A stretch of DNA of 64,000 nt from Gemmatimonadota bacterium (GTDB lineage Bacteria; Gemmatimonadota; Gemmatimonadetes; Gemmatimonadales; GWC2-71-9), in assembly GCA_039586365.1 (NCBI GenBank), contig JBDHKN010000013.1, positions 1-64,000 on the forward strand, in the 5' to 3' direction. The position numbers and the translations under genes were made by a program. The notes under the pieces are model-generated. The model searched no databases. It had not been told where the DNA came from and was given only the letters and a program-made list of their open reading frames with translations. Positions within the stretch are counted from its first letter, which is position 1, and the number at the start of each line of letters is the position of its first letter. Of this stretch, positions 8,300 to 17,745 are shown piece after piece.

Positions 8300-11257
8300 C
8301 TAGTAGCTCAAGTGTACCGTGAAACTGAATTGTCTCAGCGGCGGCAGGATGCTCTGATCGTTGGGCTCGGTAACCGAGTTCGTGATGTCCATCGTCTCGG
8401 GGTCCAGGTCCGGATAGCTCGTCCATACGCCGAGGTTGCGACCGCCCACGGATATGCTGCCCGACGAGGCCTTGAGAAATGACGCCCAGGAGTCCGGGAA
8501 GCTGTACTCGACGGCAATCTCGCGGAGCCGGGCGAAGCTCGCTTCCTGGATCCACCAGTCGAACTCGTTCCAGCCACCGTTCTGCGCAGCCGTGACGGCC
8601 CGGGGATCGAACCGCTCCGGGTATGCGTTAATCTCGCAGTTTTGGCGCCAGGCGCAGCGGTTCCAGCGGTCAGTCACGTACTTCGACTGTCCCACCTGGA
8701 AGTCGACCAGCCCACGGACCCGCACCCGGTCGAGCAGGCTCACGGTGGTGTTGAATGAACCCTCGAAATCAGGACTCGGATGGCCCAGGTATACCCACGG
8801 GGCGTCATCACAAGACATGCTGCCGCCTTCCCCGTCGTCGCACATCGCGTTGATGGCGGTACCGTCCGCGTCGAGTTCGGCGCTCAGCACCTTGGCGGCG
8901 AAGAAGGAGCCCACCGGATAGCCTTGTTGATGCCGCGTCGTCCAGCCGATGTCGAGCCAGCCGTCGATGCCGAGTTCTGTGATTTCGTTGTTGTTCGTGT
9001 TGAAGCTGAATCCCAGATCCCAGTCGATGCTGCGGCTATCCACCAACAGCGCTTCCACGCCAACCTCGAACCCGCTATTGGCGATCTCCCCTACGTTCAC
9101 GAACTGCGTCCCCGAGAAACCTGTGGAGGGCGCGACGTTGCGCGACAAGATCGCGTCCGTCGTCTTCTGATTGTAGTAGGTGAAGTCGACTGTGAACCGG
9201 TCATTGAACATGCCGAGGTCGAAGCCCATCTCGATTTCCTTGCCCCGCTCCGGGCCCAGGTCCGGGTTGCCCACGGCGTCCGGCGTGACCGCGGCGATGC
9301 CTTCCGGGTGAGGGCGAGCTTCGAACGTGCGCAGTGCGGCGAACGCGTCGGGTTGTTGACCTGACTCGCCGTAGGCCGCCCGCAACCGCAGCGAATTTAC
9401 CCAACCGATATTCCAGAACGGTTCCTCGTTGATCACCCACGAACCGCTCACCTTGGGGTAGTAGACCAGGTCGAAGTCCTCTCCGAAAGCGCTGTTGTCG
9501 TCCGCCCGTATGGCGCCTGTCAGGAAGAAGCGGTCTTTCCAGCCGATCTGCTCCTGCAGAAAGAAACCGACCGTGTTGTTCTCGACGAAGTCGTCACGGC
9601 CGCGCTGGTACGTCCCGGCGCCGGCGATCGTCTTGACACCTGTCGCCGGGAACCCCTGGCCCTCTGCCTCCACGTACTCGATCGACCTCTGGTAGATCTG
9701 GAACCCACCCGAGGTGTTGCTCGTCAGGTTCTGGCTGACCTTGGCCGACACCGTTCCCGTGTACTCGACGGTCGTGTACAACACCTCTTCGCGCGTCACC
9801 TCTTTGCTTCCCGCGGCCTCGGTCGGCGAGAAGAACTGAGCATCTTGCTCGCCCAGCCGTGGCGTGTAGTAAGCCACCTCCTGATCGGTGAAGTCCACGC
9901 CACCGGTGAGTCGCTGGGTGAACCAACTTGTCGTGTTGTGTTCCACCGCGATACCACCGGTCAACCGGTTCACATCCTGGTTGAAGTGATAGGCTTCGTA
10001 CAGCGTCTCCGGTGGTGCCACTTGCCAGCCGCGGCGGGGTTCATCCAGCGTGCTCGGGCTACCTCGCTGGAGCGACGGCAGCACGCCGTCGTTGCCCTGT
10101 CTGGGGAGCCGGAAACGGCTTAGCACCATGCCCGTATTCGCGTTGATGTTGAGCTTGGAATTCGGCTGGATCGACAGATTCATCTGGGCGTTGTAACGCT
10201 TGCCGTGGTTATCGGGGGTGACACCTTTATTGAACGTCCCGCTGCCCGAGAGGAAGTACTGCAGCGCTTCCGTGCCACCGGCAACGCTCAGGCTGTAGAA
10301 CTGGTCGTGCCCTGTACCGAAGATCGGGGTACCCCGGGCCTCCTCGAGTTCCACCATGTTGGCCTCAGTCACGTTCCCAGAGGGATCCACGTAGTAATTG
10401 ACATCGAGGCGGTCAGCGGCATCGTTGAAGTAGCTCATGCCCTGCCGCATCGTGAAGTTCCAGCGTGCCGGACCGTCTGAGCCTTGCTTCGTGATGATCT
10501 GGATGACCCCGTTGGACGCCTCCGTCCCGTACAACGTCGCCGCCGCTGGGCCCTTGATCACCTCGATGCTTGCGATGTTCGACGGATCGATGTCGTCGAG
10601 CCGCGATGTTGCCGGGTCGCCGAATCCGCCGGTCATCCTGTTGTTCACGCGGATACCATCGATGTAGATGAGCGGTGCATCACTCACCTCCCGCAGGCTG
10701 GAGCGGCCACGGATCCGGATCTCGGACGTAGTGCCGGCCACCCCGGACCCCTGTTGTACCACCACGCCCGTCGAGCGCCCGTTCAGTAACTCGGTGAAAC
10801 TCTGGACCGGCATTACTGCGGCTGCGGTAGCGTCGATTTGCGAGACGGCATTTCCCAACACCCGCTTGCGCGAGTCTCCCGCTGTCCCCGTCACCACCAG
10901 CGCATCCAGCTGGATGATGGATTGTTGCAGCACGACCCGCAGGTCCGTAGTGCCGACCTGCACCTGTACTGTCTGCATTACATACCCCAGCAGCACGACG
11001 CGGAGGGTAACCCGGGTCCCAGTGACACCATCGATGCGGAACCGACCCGCTTGATCGGTCGTACTGCCAAGGGTCGTTCCTTCCACCGTCACCTGGACTC
11101 CGGACAGCGCCTCGAAGCTGTTCGCGGCCACCACGGTTCCAGCCACCGTGCCAGTCTGGGCTTGCAGGGCCGCGCTTTGGAAGGGACCTCCTGGCCACGC
11201 GAGTGCCAGCAGCAGCCAGAGGAAGAGTGAGAAATGTCGGGAACGGACATCGTTCAT
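8300..11257 (-). CDS. SusC/RagA family TonB-dependent receptor
   Basis: N-terminal CarboxypepD_reg-like domain, TonB-box-like LDALVVTG, plug motif IEVIKGPAAATLYGTEASNGVIQIITK, GNPDLGPE, terminal aromatic residue; GGAGG RBS. Confidence 0.95.
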   Translation of the reverse strand: MNDVRSRHFSLFLWLLLALAWPGGPFQSAALQAQTGTVAGTVVAANSFEALSGVQVTVEGTTLGSTTDQAGRFRIDGVTGTRVTLRVVLLGYVMQTVQVQVGTTDLRVVLQQSIIQLDALVVTGTAGDSRKRVLGNAVSQIDATAAAVMPVQSFTELLNGRSTGVVVQQGSGVAGTTSEIRIRGRSSLREVSDAPLIYIDGIRVNNRMTGGFGDPATSRLDDIDPSNIASIEVIKGPAAATLYGTEASNGVIQIITKQGSDGPARWNFTMRQGMSYFNDAADRLDVNYYVDPSGNVTEANMVELEEARGTPIFGTGHDQFYSLSVAGGTEALQYFLSGSGTFNKGVTPDNHGKRYNAQMNLSIQPNSKLNINANTGMVLSRFRLPRQGNDGVLPSLQRGSPSTLDEPRRGWQVAPPETLYEAYHFNQDVNRLTGGIAVEHNTTSWFTQRLTGGVDFTDQEVAYYTPRLGEQDAQFFSPTEAAGSKEVTREEVLYTTVEYTGTVSAKVSQNLTSNTSGGFQIYQRSIEYVEAEGQGFPATGVKTIAGAGTYQRGRDDFVENNTVGFFLQEQIGWKDRFFLTGAIRADDNSAFGEDFDLVYYPKVSGSWVINEEPFWNIGWVNSLRLRAAYGESGQQPDAFAALRTFEARPHPEGIAAVTPDAVGNPDLGPERGKEIEMGFDLGMFNDRFTVDFTYYNQKTTDAILSRNVAPSTGFSGTQFVNVGEIANSGFEVGVEALLVDSRSIDWDLGFSFNTNNNEITELGIDGWLDIGWTTRHQQGYPVGSFFAAKVLSAELDADGTAINAMCDDGEGGSMSCDDAPWVYLGHPSPDFEGSFNTTVSLLDRVRVRGLVDFQVGQSKYVTDRWNRCAWRQNCEINAYPERFDPRAVTAAQNGGWNEFDWWIQEASFARLREIAVEYSFPDSWASFLKASSGSISVGGRNLGVWTSYPDLDPETMDITNSVTEPNDQSILPPLRQFSFTVHLSY

Positions 11258-11304
11258 GGTTTACCTCCCCTAGTTCGGGCTCGCTCTAGGTTGGCGATGC
11301 CTCT

Positions 11305-11354
11305 GAAAAAGAAGTTCGGCGGAGGGCTTGTGATGGCAACAGAACTCTCCGCCG
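11305..11354 (-). terminator. Possible leader terminator/attenuator hairpin upstream of susC
   Basis: On the minus strand CGGCGGAG...CTCCGCCG (11354-11347 / 11324-11317) is followed by AACTTCTTTTT. Confidence 0.3.
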
Positions 11355-11411
11355 CCGATCCCAGCAGAGAGCTGAACATGCAGTGGATAACCTAGTTTAG
11401 CAACGTTGGGG

Positions 11412-11489
11412 AACCCCAGACTGTCGGCGGCTGTACCCGACCCCAGACTGCCGGCGGCTGTACCCAACCCCAGACTGCCGTCTGGGGTT
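11412..11489. repeat. 27-bp tandem direct repeat (2.5 copies) ending in a perfect hairpin
   Basis: (A/G)ACCCCAGACTG(T/C)CGGCGGCTGTACCC at 11412 and 11439, partial copy at 11466; AACCCCAGAC-TGCC-GTCTGGGGTT at 11466-11489. Confidence 0.9.
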
Positions 11490-11614
11490 AGCGGCGCACA
11501 CCCACCCGTTGCCGAGGCAGACCTATCGCGCTCACGGTCAGCGCGGCACCTTATGCAGTTCCATCGATCGTGTTGCGGTCCACACGTATGAACATGTCAC
11601 TTCGGGAGGGCACC

Positions 11615-12037
11615 ATGGGCGTCATCAACTACGGACGCTGGTTGAGCAGCGGTATCGCGGCGGGCGTGGTGATCTGGTTGCTGGAGGGTGCGGGGAGCTT
11701 CCTGTACATGGGCGACATGGAGGCCGTGCTCACCGCACACGACCTAGCTTTCGAGCTGAGCGCCTCCGTTTGGCTGTTGGGCGCGGCGATGAGCCTCATC
11801 GCGGGGCTCACGTTGATGTTCTTCTACGTCGCCGCGCGCCCCCGCTTCGGACCGGGTCCCCGCACCGCGGTGATCGTCGGCGTCGCCCTGTGGTTCGGCA
11901 GCTATCTGTTGTCGCTGATCGGCTACCACATGATTGGCCTGTACCCAAGCGGCATGCTGCTGCTGTGGGGCGTGCAGGGCCTGGTCGAACTGATACTCGC
12001 CGCGCTGGTGGGAGGTTGGATCTACCGCGAGGCCTGA
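11615..12037 (+). CDS. Small four-TM membrane protein, unknown function
   Basis: GGGAGG RBS before ATG 11615; four hydrophobic segments; RPRFGPGPRTA loop. Confidence 0.8.
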   Translation: MGVINYGRWLSSGIAAGVVIWLLEGAGSFLYMGDMEAVLTAHDLAFELSASVWLLGAAMSLIAGLTLMFFYVAARPRFGPGPRTAVIVGVALWFGSYLLSLIGYHMIGLYPSGMLLLWGVQGLVELILAALVGGWIYREA

Positions 12038-12168
12038 CGCGGCGCGCTGCGCCGGAAGCCTGGAGAGCAGAGCGATCGCCGTCCGGAGTTCTGAGAGCAA
12101 CGCAGCCAGGCGCCAGCGGCGTCCGCGCCTTTCGTCTCGCGCCCAGGTCTGAGCGTCTCACATCCCGC

Positions 12169-12245
12169 TCGTCGATCGTCAGCCGTCAATCGTCAGTCGT
12201 CAATCGTCAATCGTCAATCGTGAGTCGTCAATCGTCAATCGTCAC
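12169..12245. repeat. Heptamer tandem repeat, consensus TCGTCAA x11
   Basis: Units read directly: tcgtcga tcgtcag ccgtcaa tcgtcag tcgtcaa tcgtcaa tcgtcaa tcgtgag tcgtcaa tcgtcaa tcgtcac. Confidence 0.95.
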
Positions 12246-12344
12246 CCCCCTCGCGCTTCCCCGTCCCTTGCTGCATCTTAGCCAGTTGTGACGGACCCTC
12301 TGGCCCAAACTCAGAGCCCCTACCCACGATACGGAGGTGCCAGC

Positions 12345-14324
12345 GTGTATCGAACCCTCTCTAAGCTGGTGTGCGTGGTGGCGGCGTTGTGCGCCGTTAC
12401 CGCCCCGCTGTTCGCCCAACCCCAAGGCATGACCGATGAACAAAAGGCTGCGCGTTGGGCGACGGAAAGAGAACTCCATTCGATCGCCATCGTCGAACGC
12501 AAGTTGATGATCGCGATGCGCGATGGGATCCGGATCCAAGCCGACGTCTATCGCCCCAAGGACACTTCCAAGCGGTATCCGGCGATATGGGTCCGCACTC
12601 CGTACAACTTCAACTTCTGGGACGTCAACAACGGCGTGCCGCGGGACATGTCCGGAGTACTCAGGGACATCAAGCGCGGCTACGTCCGCGTCGACATGCA
12701 GGAACGCGGGCACTTTTTCTCCGAAGGGAACTGGGACATCCTCGGTCCACCGCTCACCGACGGATGGGACGCACTTGAGTGGATGACGAGTCAGCCGTGG
12801 TCCAACGGCAAGGTAGGCACCACCGGGTGTTCCTCCACGGCCGAGTGGCAGCCCGCCGTGGCGTCGCTGGGACATCCGGGATTCGCGGCGATGAACGTGC
12901 AGGGCTTCGGCGCCGGTGTGGGGCGGGTAGGCCCGTACTACGAGGCGGGCAACTGGTATCGTGGCGGCGCCGTGCAGATGCTGTTCATCGACTGGCTCAT
13001 GGGTGAGCAGAACCAGGTACGGCCAATGTTTCCGCGCAACGCAACGCAGGAAGAGTTGATCCAGGGGGCGAAGTTGTTTGACCTCGCAGAGCGCCGCCGA
13101 TCCATCGATTGGGCCAAGGCGTTCTGGCACCTCCCCACGCAAGATCTGCTCAAGGCCCTGGACGGGCCGCGCGGGATCTTCGCCGACTCGATGCCCGTAG
13201 CAACCGGCGGTGCGATGATCAAGCGCGCCCCCAACGATCCCGCGTGGTACCGCGGTGGGCTGTGGCACGACAACATGCCACTCAACCTACCCGGACTGTG
13301 GTACATGTCGTGGTACGACGTGTCGATAGGGCCGAACATCACGATGTACAACCACGTGCGGGCGACCGCGGAGGGAGCTGCTGCAGACCAGCAGTGGGTT
13401 GTGATAGCTCCGACCACGCACTGCGGCATGCGCCGGACTGACACCGGAGCCGACGGCGGGCCGGTCGGCCCGGCAGAGTATGTCGTGGGCGAGCGGCCCC
13501 TAGGCGACGTGCGGTTCAACTACCACGAGATCATGTTCCAGTTCTTCGACCGCTTCCTCAAGGGCGAAGGCGGTGAAGTACTCGATACGCTGCCCAAGGT
13601 CCACTACTTCACCATGGGGAGCAACGAGTGGAACTCGGCCGAGACTTGGCCACCCGAGGGCGCTGAGGAGCTGACGTTCTACCTCTCGAGCGATGGGCAT
13701 GCCAACACGATGGTCGGTGACGGCATGCTCGCGTTGTCGCCGCCACAGACCGACCAGCCGGACAGGTTCACCTACGATCCGATGGACCCGGTCATGTCAC
13801 ACGGCGGCAACGTATGCTGCCAGGGCAATGCCACACAAGCCGGCGCGTTCGACCAGCGAGTGATGGAAAATCGGGCAGACATCTTGGTGTACACCTCTGA
13901 GCCGTTCACCGAAGGCACCGAGGTCACTGGTCCCATCGTGCCCAAGCTGTACGTGTCTTCGGATGCCAGGGACACCGACTTCACCGTGAAGGTGATCGAT
14001 GTGTATCCCGACGGCCGCGCCTACAACCTCGACGAGTCGATCCAGCGGATGCGCTATCGCAACGGGTACGACCAACCGCTGGCGTGGATGCGGGAGGGAG
14101 AGGTGTATGAGGTGACGCTGCAACCGCTCACGACGAGCAACTACTTCGACGTGGGGCACCGGCTGCGCATTGAGGTGTCGAGCAGCAATTTCCCGCGCTT
14201 CGACCGCAACCTGAACACCGGTGGCAACAACTACGATGAGACGGAAGGTGTCGTGGCGCACAATGTCGTGCACCATTCAGTAGAGTATCCGTCGCAGGTC
14301 ACGATCACAGTGGTGAAGCGCTAG
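12345..14324 (+). CDS. CocE/NonD family serine hydrolase (peptidase S15-like), secreted
   Basis: GGAGG before GTG 12345; signal peptide; [30 protein letters not shown] nucleophile, PepX_C-type [19 protein letters not shown]. Confidence 0.92.
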   Translation: MYRTLSKLVCVVAALCAVTAPLFAQPQGMTDEQKAARWATERELHSIAIVERKLMIAMRDGIRIQADVYRPKDTSKRYPAIWVRTPYNFNFWDVNNGVPRDMSGVLRDIKRGYVRVDMQERGHFFSEGNWDILGPPLTDGWDALEWMTSQPWSNGKVGTTGCSSTAEWQPAVASLGHPGFAAMNVQGFGAGVGRVGPYYEAGNWYRGGAVQMLFIDWLMGEQNQVRPMFPRNATQEELIQGAKLFDLAERRRSIDWAKAFWHLPTQDLLKALDGPRGIFADSMPVATGGAMIKRAPNDPAWYRGGLWHDNMPLNLPGLWYMSWYDVSIGPNITMYNHVRATAEGAAADQQWVVIAPTTHCGMRRTDTGADGGPVGPAEYVVGERPLGDVRFNYHEIMFQFFDRFLKGEGGEVLDTLPKVHYFTMGSNEWNSAETWPPEGAEELTFYLSSDGHANTMVGDGMLALSPPQTDQPDRFTYDPMDPVMSHGGNVCCQGNATQAGAFDQRVMENRADILVYTSEPFTEGTEVTGPIVPKLYVSSDARDTDFTVKVIDVYPDGRAYNLDESIQRMRYRNGYDQPLAWMREGEVYEVTLQPLTTSNYFDVGHRLRIEVSSSNFPRFDRNLNTGGNNYDETEGVVAHNVVHHSVEYPSQVTITVVKR

Positions 14325-14335
14325 CCACAATGAAA

Positions 14336-14363
14336 CGGCGGGGTCCCGCCTGGGGTCCCGTCG
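14336..14363 (+). terminator. GC-rich hairpin after the CocE gene
   Basis: CGGCGGGGTCCC-GCCT-GGGGTCCCGTCG, 12-bp stem with three G:U pairs; no U-tract. Confidence 0.4.
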
Positions 14364-14537
14364 TCAGCTCCACTCGGCTCGCCACCGCAACCCCGCTCTT
14401 GCCATATCTCTCTGCTCCAGTGGAAACCGAGTGTCGCACATGCCAAGGGGCATGGTCCGCCACCCGTATTCCGGACCACGTGACTTGGGACTATACCACT
14501 CTGGGCGGTTGCTGTGGGACAGCAGGGTAGCTTCCCG

Positions 14538-17243
14538 CTACTCCGGCCGCAGCACCTCCACCGGCTCGGTCCTCGAGGCACGTCGCGCCGGTAAGTAGCT
14601 CGCCAGTTGACCAACCGTGAGTAGCGTTGCCGACACTAGGGTGAGCACAACCGGGTCCAGTGGGTCCACGCCGTACAGGAACCCGGACAGCACTCGCGTG
14701 AAAACAGTGGCGAGCGCGATGCCAATCGCGACTCCGATCAGGGCCGTTCTCAGGCCGCGACTCAAGACCAGCTTCGCAATCCCAGTCTGAGTCGCGCCCA
14801 AAGCCATGCGTACGCCGAACTCGCGCGTCCGCTGACTCACGGTGTAGGACATCACGCCGTACAGCCCGACGGTGGCCAACACGAGTGCCAGGAGCCCAAA
14901 CGCGCCCACAAGCGTCGCAGGGCCCTTTGCAGCGCCCTCTGAGTACTGCAAATACTGGGGCATCGTGAGCACCGTCGGCTGCGGCACGTTGGGGGCCAGA
15001 CGGCGGACCTCGGCTGACAGGAGCCCGACCATGCTGTTTGGATCGCCGGTAGTCTCTACGACAAGGTTCACCCGCTGCACATACTCACCCTGACCCAGCG
15101 GAATGGCGAGGTAGGGCTCAGGTGCGTCGCGCAGCGTGACATACTTGCCGTCTTCGATGACGCCAATGACCGTGTATGTGATACCCAAGTCCGCTTGCAC
15201 GGTCCGTCCGATGGGGTCCTGGTTGCGCCAGAACCGCCGTGCCATCGCCTCGTTGATCAGAGCCACAGGTTGCGTGTCTTCGCGGTCCTGCGCATCGATC
15301 GCGCGTCCGCGCAATACTCGGATGCCCATCGTCTCGAAGTATCCTGCCGAGACCATATTGCGCTTCACGAGCATGAACTCGTCCGTCGCGCGCTCGTACC
15401 CGTCCACCGCTACATCGTGATGCCCATGTACCAACCCAAGTGGTAGGAATGCCGAGAGCGCCGCTGACTCGACTCCCGGCAGTGAAGCGACGCGTTCGAG
15501 TAAACGCTGCCCGAGTTCCGTTCCCTCAGCCTCGTTGTATTGGGTGTACCCGAAATTCACCGGGATTATTACACCGTTCCTGAGATCGAACCCGGGGTCT
15601 ATGGCGAGGGTGTTTCGTAGACTGCGGACGAATAGCCCAGCTCCGGTGAGCAGCACCAGCGAGAGCGCTACCTGGGCGACCACGAGTGAGTTCTGCATGC
15701 GCGCCTTCCCGGTGCTCCGGCTCGCCGAGAAGCTCTGCTCCTTGAGTGCCTCAGATTGGTTGCCTCGCAGCACCTGTAGTGCAGGAGCCAATCCAAACAA
15801 CAGTCCGGTGGAAAGAGCCACAACCAGAGTGAATCCGAGGACCCGCCAATCGATGACGATGATTGTATCCAGCGGAACTTCCGTCCGTGGCTGAAGCAAC
15901 TGCAGAGCATCGACGGCGAGGATGCCCAATCCCAACCCGACGCCTCCGGCGATCAACGCCAGCAGCAGACTCTCCATCAAGAGCTGCCGCACGATACGCC
16001 AGCGAGACGCGCCGAGTGAGAAGCGCAGTGCGATTTCGCGGCGCCGGCCGGTCGCCTTGGCGAGCTGCAGATTGGCCACGTTGAAGCAAGCAACGAGCAG
16101 CACGAAGCCAACCACACCCAATAGGACCGTGAGCAGGCTCTTGACACCGCCCGTCGCTTCGGGCGTACCAAGACGGCCGCCGTCGAGTTTCTCGACTACG
16201 ATGCCCTTGCCCGCGTTGAGGTCGGGGAAGGCGCTGACCAGATTCGCGGCGAGCACGTCCAGCGAAGCCTGTGCGTCATTCATGGTCACGCCGGGTCTCA
16301 GACGTCCCACGAGCTGCAACCAAGGATCGACGCGACTCTGGACGTTGGGTGTGAACGGCATCGCCTGCTCCACCATCGCCAACGGAGCCCACAAAGCGGG
16401 CTCCAGAATCGACGCCAACCCGGCGAAGTCCTCAGGCGCCACTCCGATCACGTTAAAGGGGTAGTCGTTGATGCGGATCGTCTTGCCCACGATCTCTGGG
16501 TTAGAGCCGAACCGGTCTTGCCACGTACTGTGGCTCAACACGGCCACCGCACTGGCACCGAACGTCTCGTCTTCCTCCGGCAGAAAGGCCCGTCCCAAAC
16601 GCGGCTCCACACCCAGCACGGCGAAGTAGTCCCAACTTACGAGCTGCCCCCAGACTACGGCTGGCTGGTCGGATACCGTGATAGCCATGGGAGCGTACGT
16701 GTGGGCAACGAGCCCGGAAAAAGCCTCGTTCTGTTCCCTGTAGTCGAGGTAGTCGGGATACGAGGTGTTGCCGTGCAGCTGACCGCCACTTCGGGAGGTG
16801 AAGACTGTGACCAGCCGCTCCGGCTCGGCCACGTTGAGCGGTCGCATGAGCAAGGAGTTGACGAAGCTGAAGATCGCCGTGTTGGCTCCAATGCCGAGGG
16901 CCAAGGAAAGCACCGCGACCAGGGTGAAGGACCGGTGCTGCACGAGGACGCGCGCGCCGTGTCTCACGTCCTGCCACACACCCATCACTCTGGCCCAACC
17001 GCGGGTTGCCGCTTCCGCCACACGACTGCGATCGATGCGCTCGAGCTTCCGTCGATAATGCCTGATATCACCAAAGCGCCGCTCGGTCTCCTTCACCGCA
17101 GCGTCGCGTGAGCGTCCCTGCGCCACCAACTGCGCGACACTTTTCTCGAAGTGGTAGCCGATCTCATCATCGATATCAGCCCTGATTCTGTCGCGTTTGC
17201 TCGACAGCCGGTCCCACCAGCGTCCTCTAATTCTGTGTCTCAT
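14538..17243 (-). CDS. ADOP-type duplicated MacB/FtsX ABC permease
   Basis: N-terminal prefix (DEIGYHFE...RRFGD), LALGIGANTAIFS, ACFNVANL, RRREIALR.SLGA, QRTREFGVRMALGA, EPVEVLRPE. Confidence 0.92.
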   Translation of the reverse strand: MRHRIRGRWWDRLSSKRDRIRADIDDEIGYHFEKSVAQLVAQGRSRDAAVKETERRFGDIRHYRRKLERIDRSRVAEAATRGWARVMGVWQDVRHGARVLVQHRSFTLVAVLSLALGIGANTAIFSFVNSLLMRPLNVAEPERLVTVFTSRSGGQLHGNTSYPDYLDYREQNEAFSGLVAHTYAPMAITVSDQPAVVWGQLVSWDYFAVLGVEPRLGRAFLPEEDETFGASAVAVLSHSTWQDRFGSNPEIVGKTIRINDYPFNVIGVAPEDFAGLASILEPALWAPLAMVEQAMPFTPNVQSRVDPWLQLVGRLRPGVTMNDAQASLDVLAANLVSAFPDLNAGKGIVVEKLDGGRLGTPEATGGVKSLLTVLLGVVGFVLLVACFNVANLQLAKATGRRREIALRFSLGASRWRIVRQLLMESLLLALIAGGVGLGLGILAVDALQLLQPRTEVPLDTIIVIDWRVLGFTLVVALSTGLLFGLAPALQVLRGNQSEALKEQSFSASRSTGKARMQNSLVVAQVALSLVLLTGAGLFVRSLRNTLAIDPGFDLRNGVIIPVNFGYTQYNEAEGTELGQRLLERVASLPGVESAALSAFLPLGLVHGHHDVAVDGYERATDEFMLVKRNMVSAGYFETMGIRVLRGRAIDAQDREDTQPVALINEAMARRFWRNQDPIGRTVQADLGITYTVIGVIEDGKYVTLRDAPEPYLAIPLGQGEYVQRVNLVVETTGDPNSMVGLLSAEVRRLAPNVPQPTVLTMPQYLQYSEGAAKGPATLVGAFGLLALVLATVGLYGVMSYTVSQRTREFGVRMALGATQTGIAKLVLSRGLRTALIGVAIGIALATVFTRVLSGFLYGVDPLDPVVLTLVSATLLTVGQLASYLPARRASRTEPVEVLRPE

Positions 17244-17261
17244 CGCGTCACTCCGCCCGCG

Positions 17262-17594
17262 TCAAGCAGACCGCAGCACCTTCGCCACTGCCTCGGCATA
17301 CTCGTTCCAGGTAACCGATCGAGCCTCGAGCTGTTCACGGCCGTCGGGGGTGAGGCTGTAGGTCTTGACCCTGCGGTTTGTCTCGGACAACCCCCATTCG
17401 GCATTCAGCCAGTTGCGCTTCTCCATGCGATGGAGGGCGGTGTACAGCGCACCGTCCTCGATCTGAAGCACTCCGTCTGTCGTCTCACGAATCCAGGTGG
17501 ACAAAGCGTATCCGTGGCGAGGGCCGCTGTTGAGCGCCTTCAGGATCAGTACGTCCAGAGTGCCTTGCAGCAGTCTTCCTCTATCTTCGGCCAT
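17262..17594 (-). CDS. PadR family transcriptional regulator (acidobacterial type)
   Basis: LLQGTLDVLILKAL, HGYAL, GALYTALHRME, NRRVKTYSLT; directly upstream of the ADOP permease. Confidence 0.92.
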   Translation of the reverse strand: MAEDRGRLLQGTLDVLILKALNSGPRHGYALSTWIRETTDGVLQIEDGALYTALHRMEKRNWLNAEWGLSETNRRVKTYSLTPDGREQLEARSVTWNEYAEAVAKVLRSA

Positions 17595-17745
17595 GATAAC
17601 CCTTGATATGTTGATAGGTATGAAATATACTTACAATCATTCGATGCCTAAACTGATGGTAGGTATGTTAGAGAGGTAAGTGGCCCAGGTCAAGAGCCTG
17701 CTGCGGGTCAACGGTGAATCTGACGAATCGACTTGGGAGGAAGAG

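Noticed and set aside
11412..11489. CRISPR array
   Set aside because: Repeats abut directly with no unique spacers, and there are no cas genes in the window.
11509..12291. 260-aa ORF containing SSIVSRQ repeats
   Set aside because: Off-frame overlap with the membrane protein gene; the peptide repeat is just translation of the heptamer DNA repeat.
17595..17680. Operator palindrome upstream of the first padR
   Set aside because: AT-rich with TAGGTATG twice and a loose CCT..AGG symmetry, but no convincing inverted repeat.
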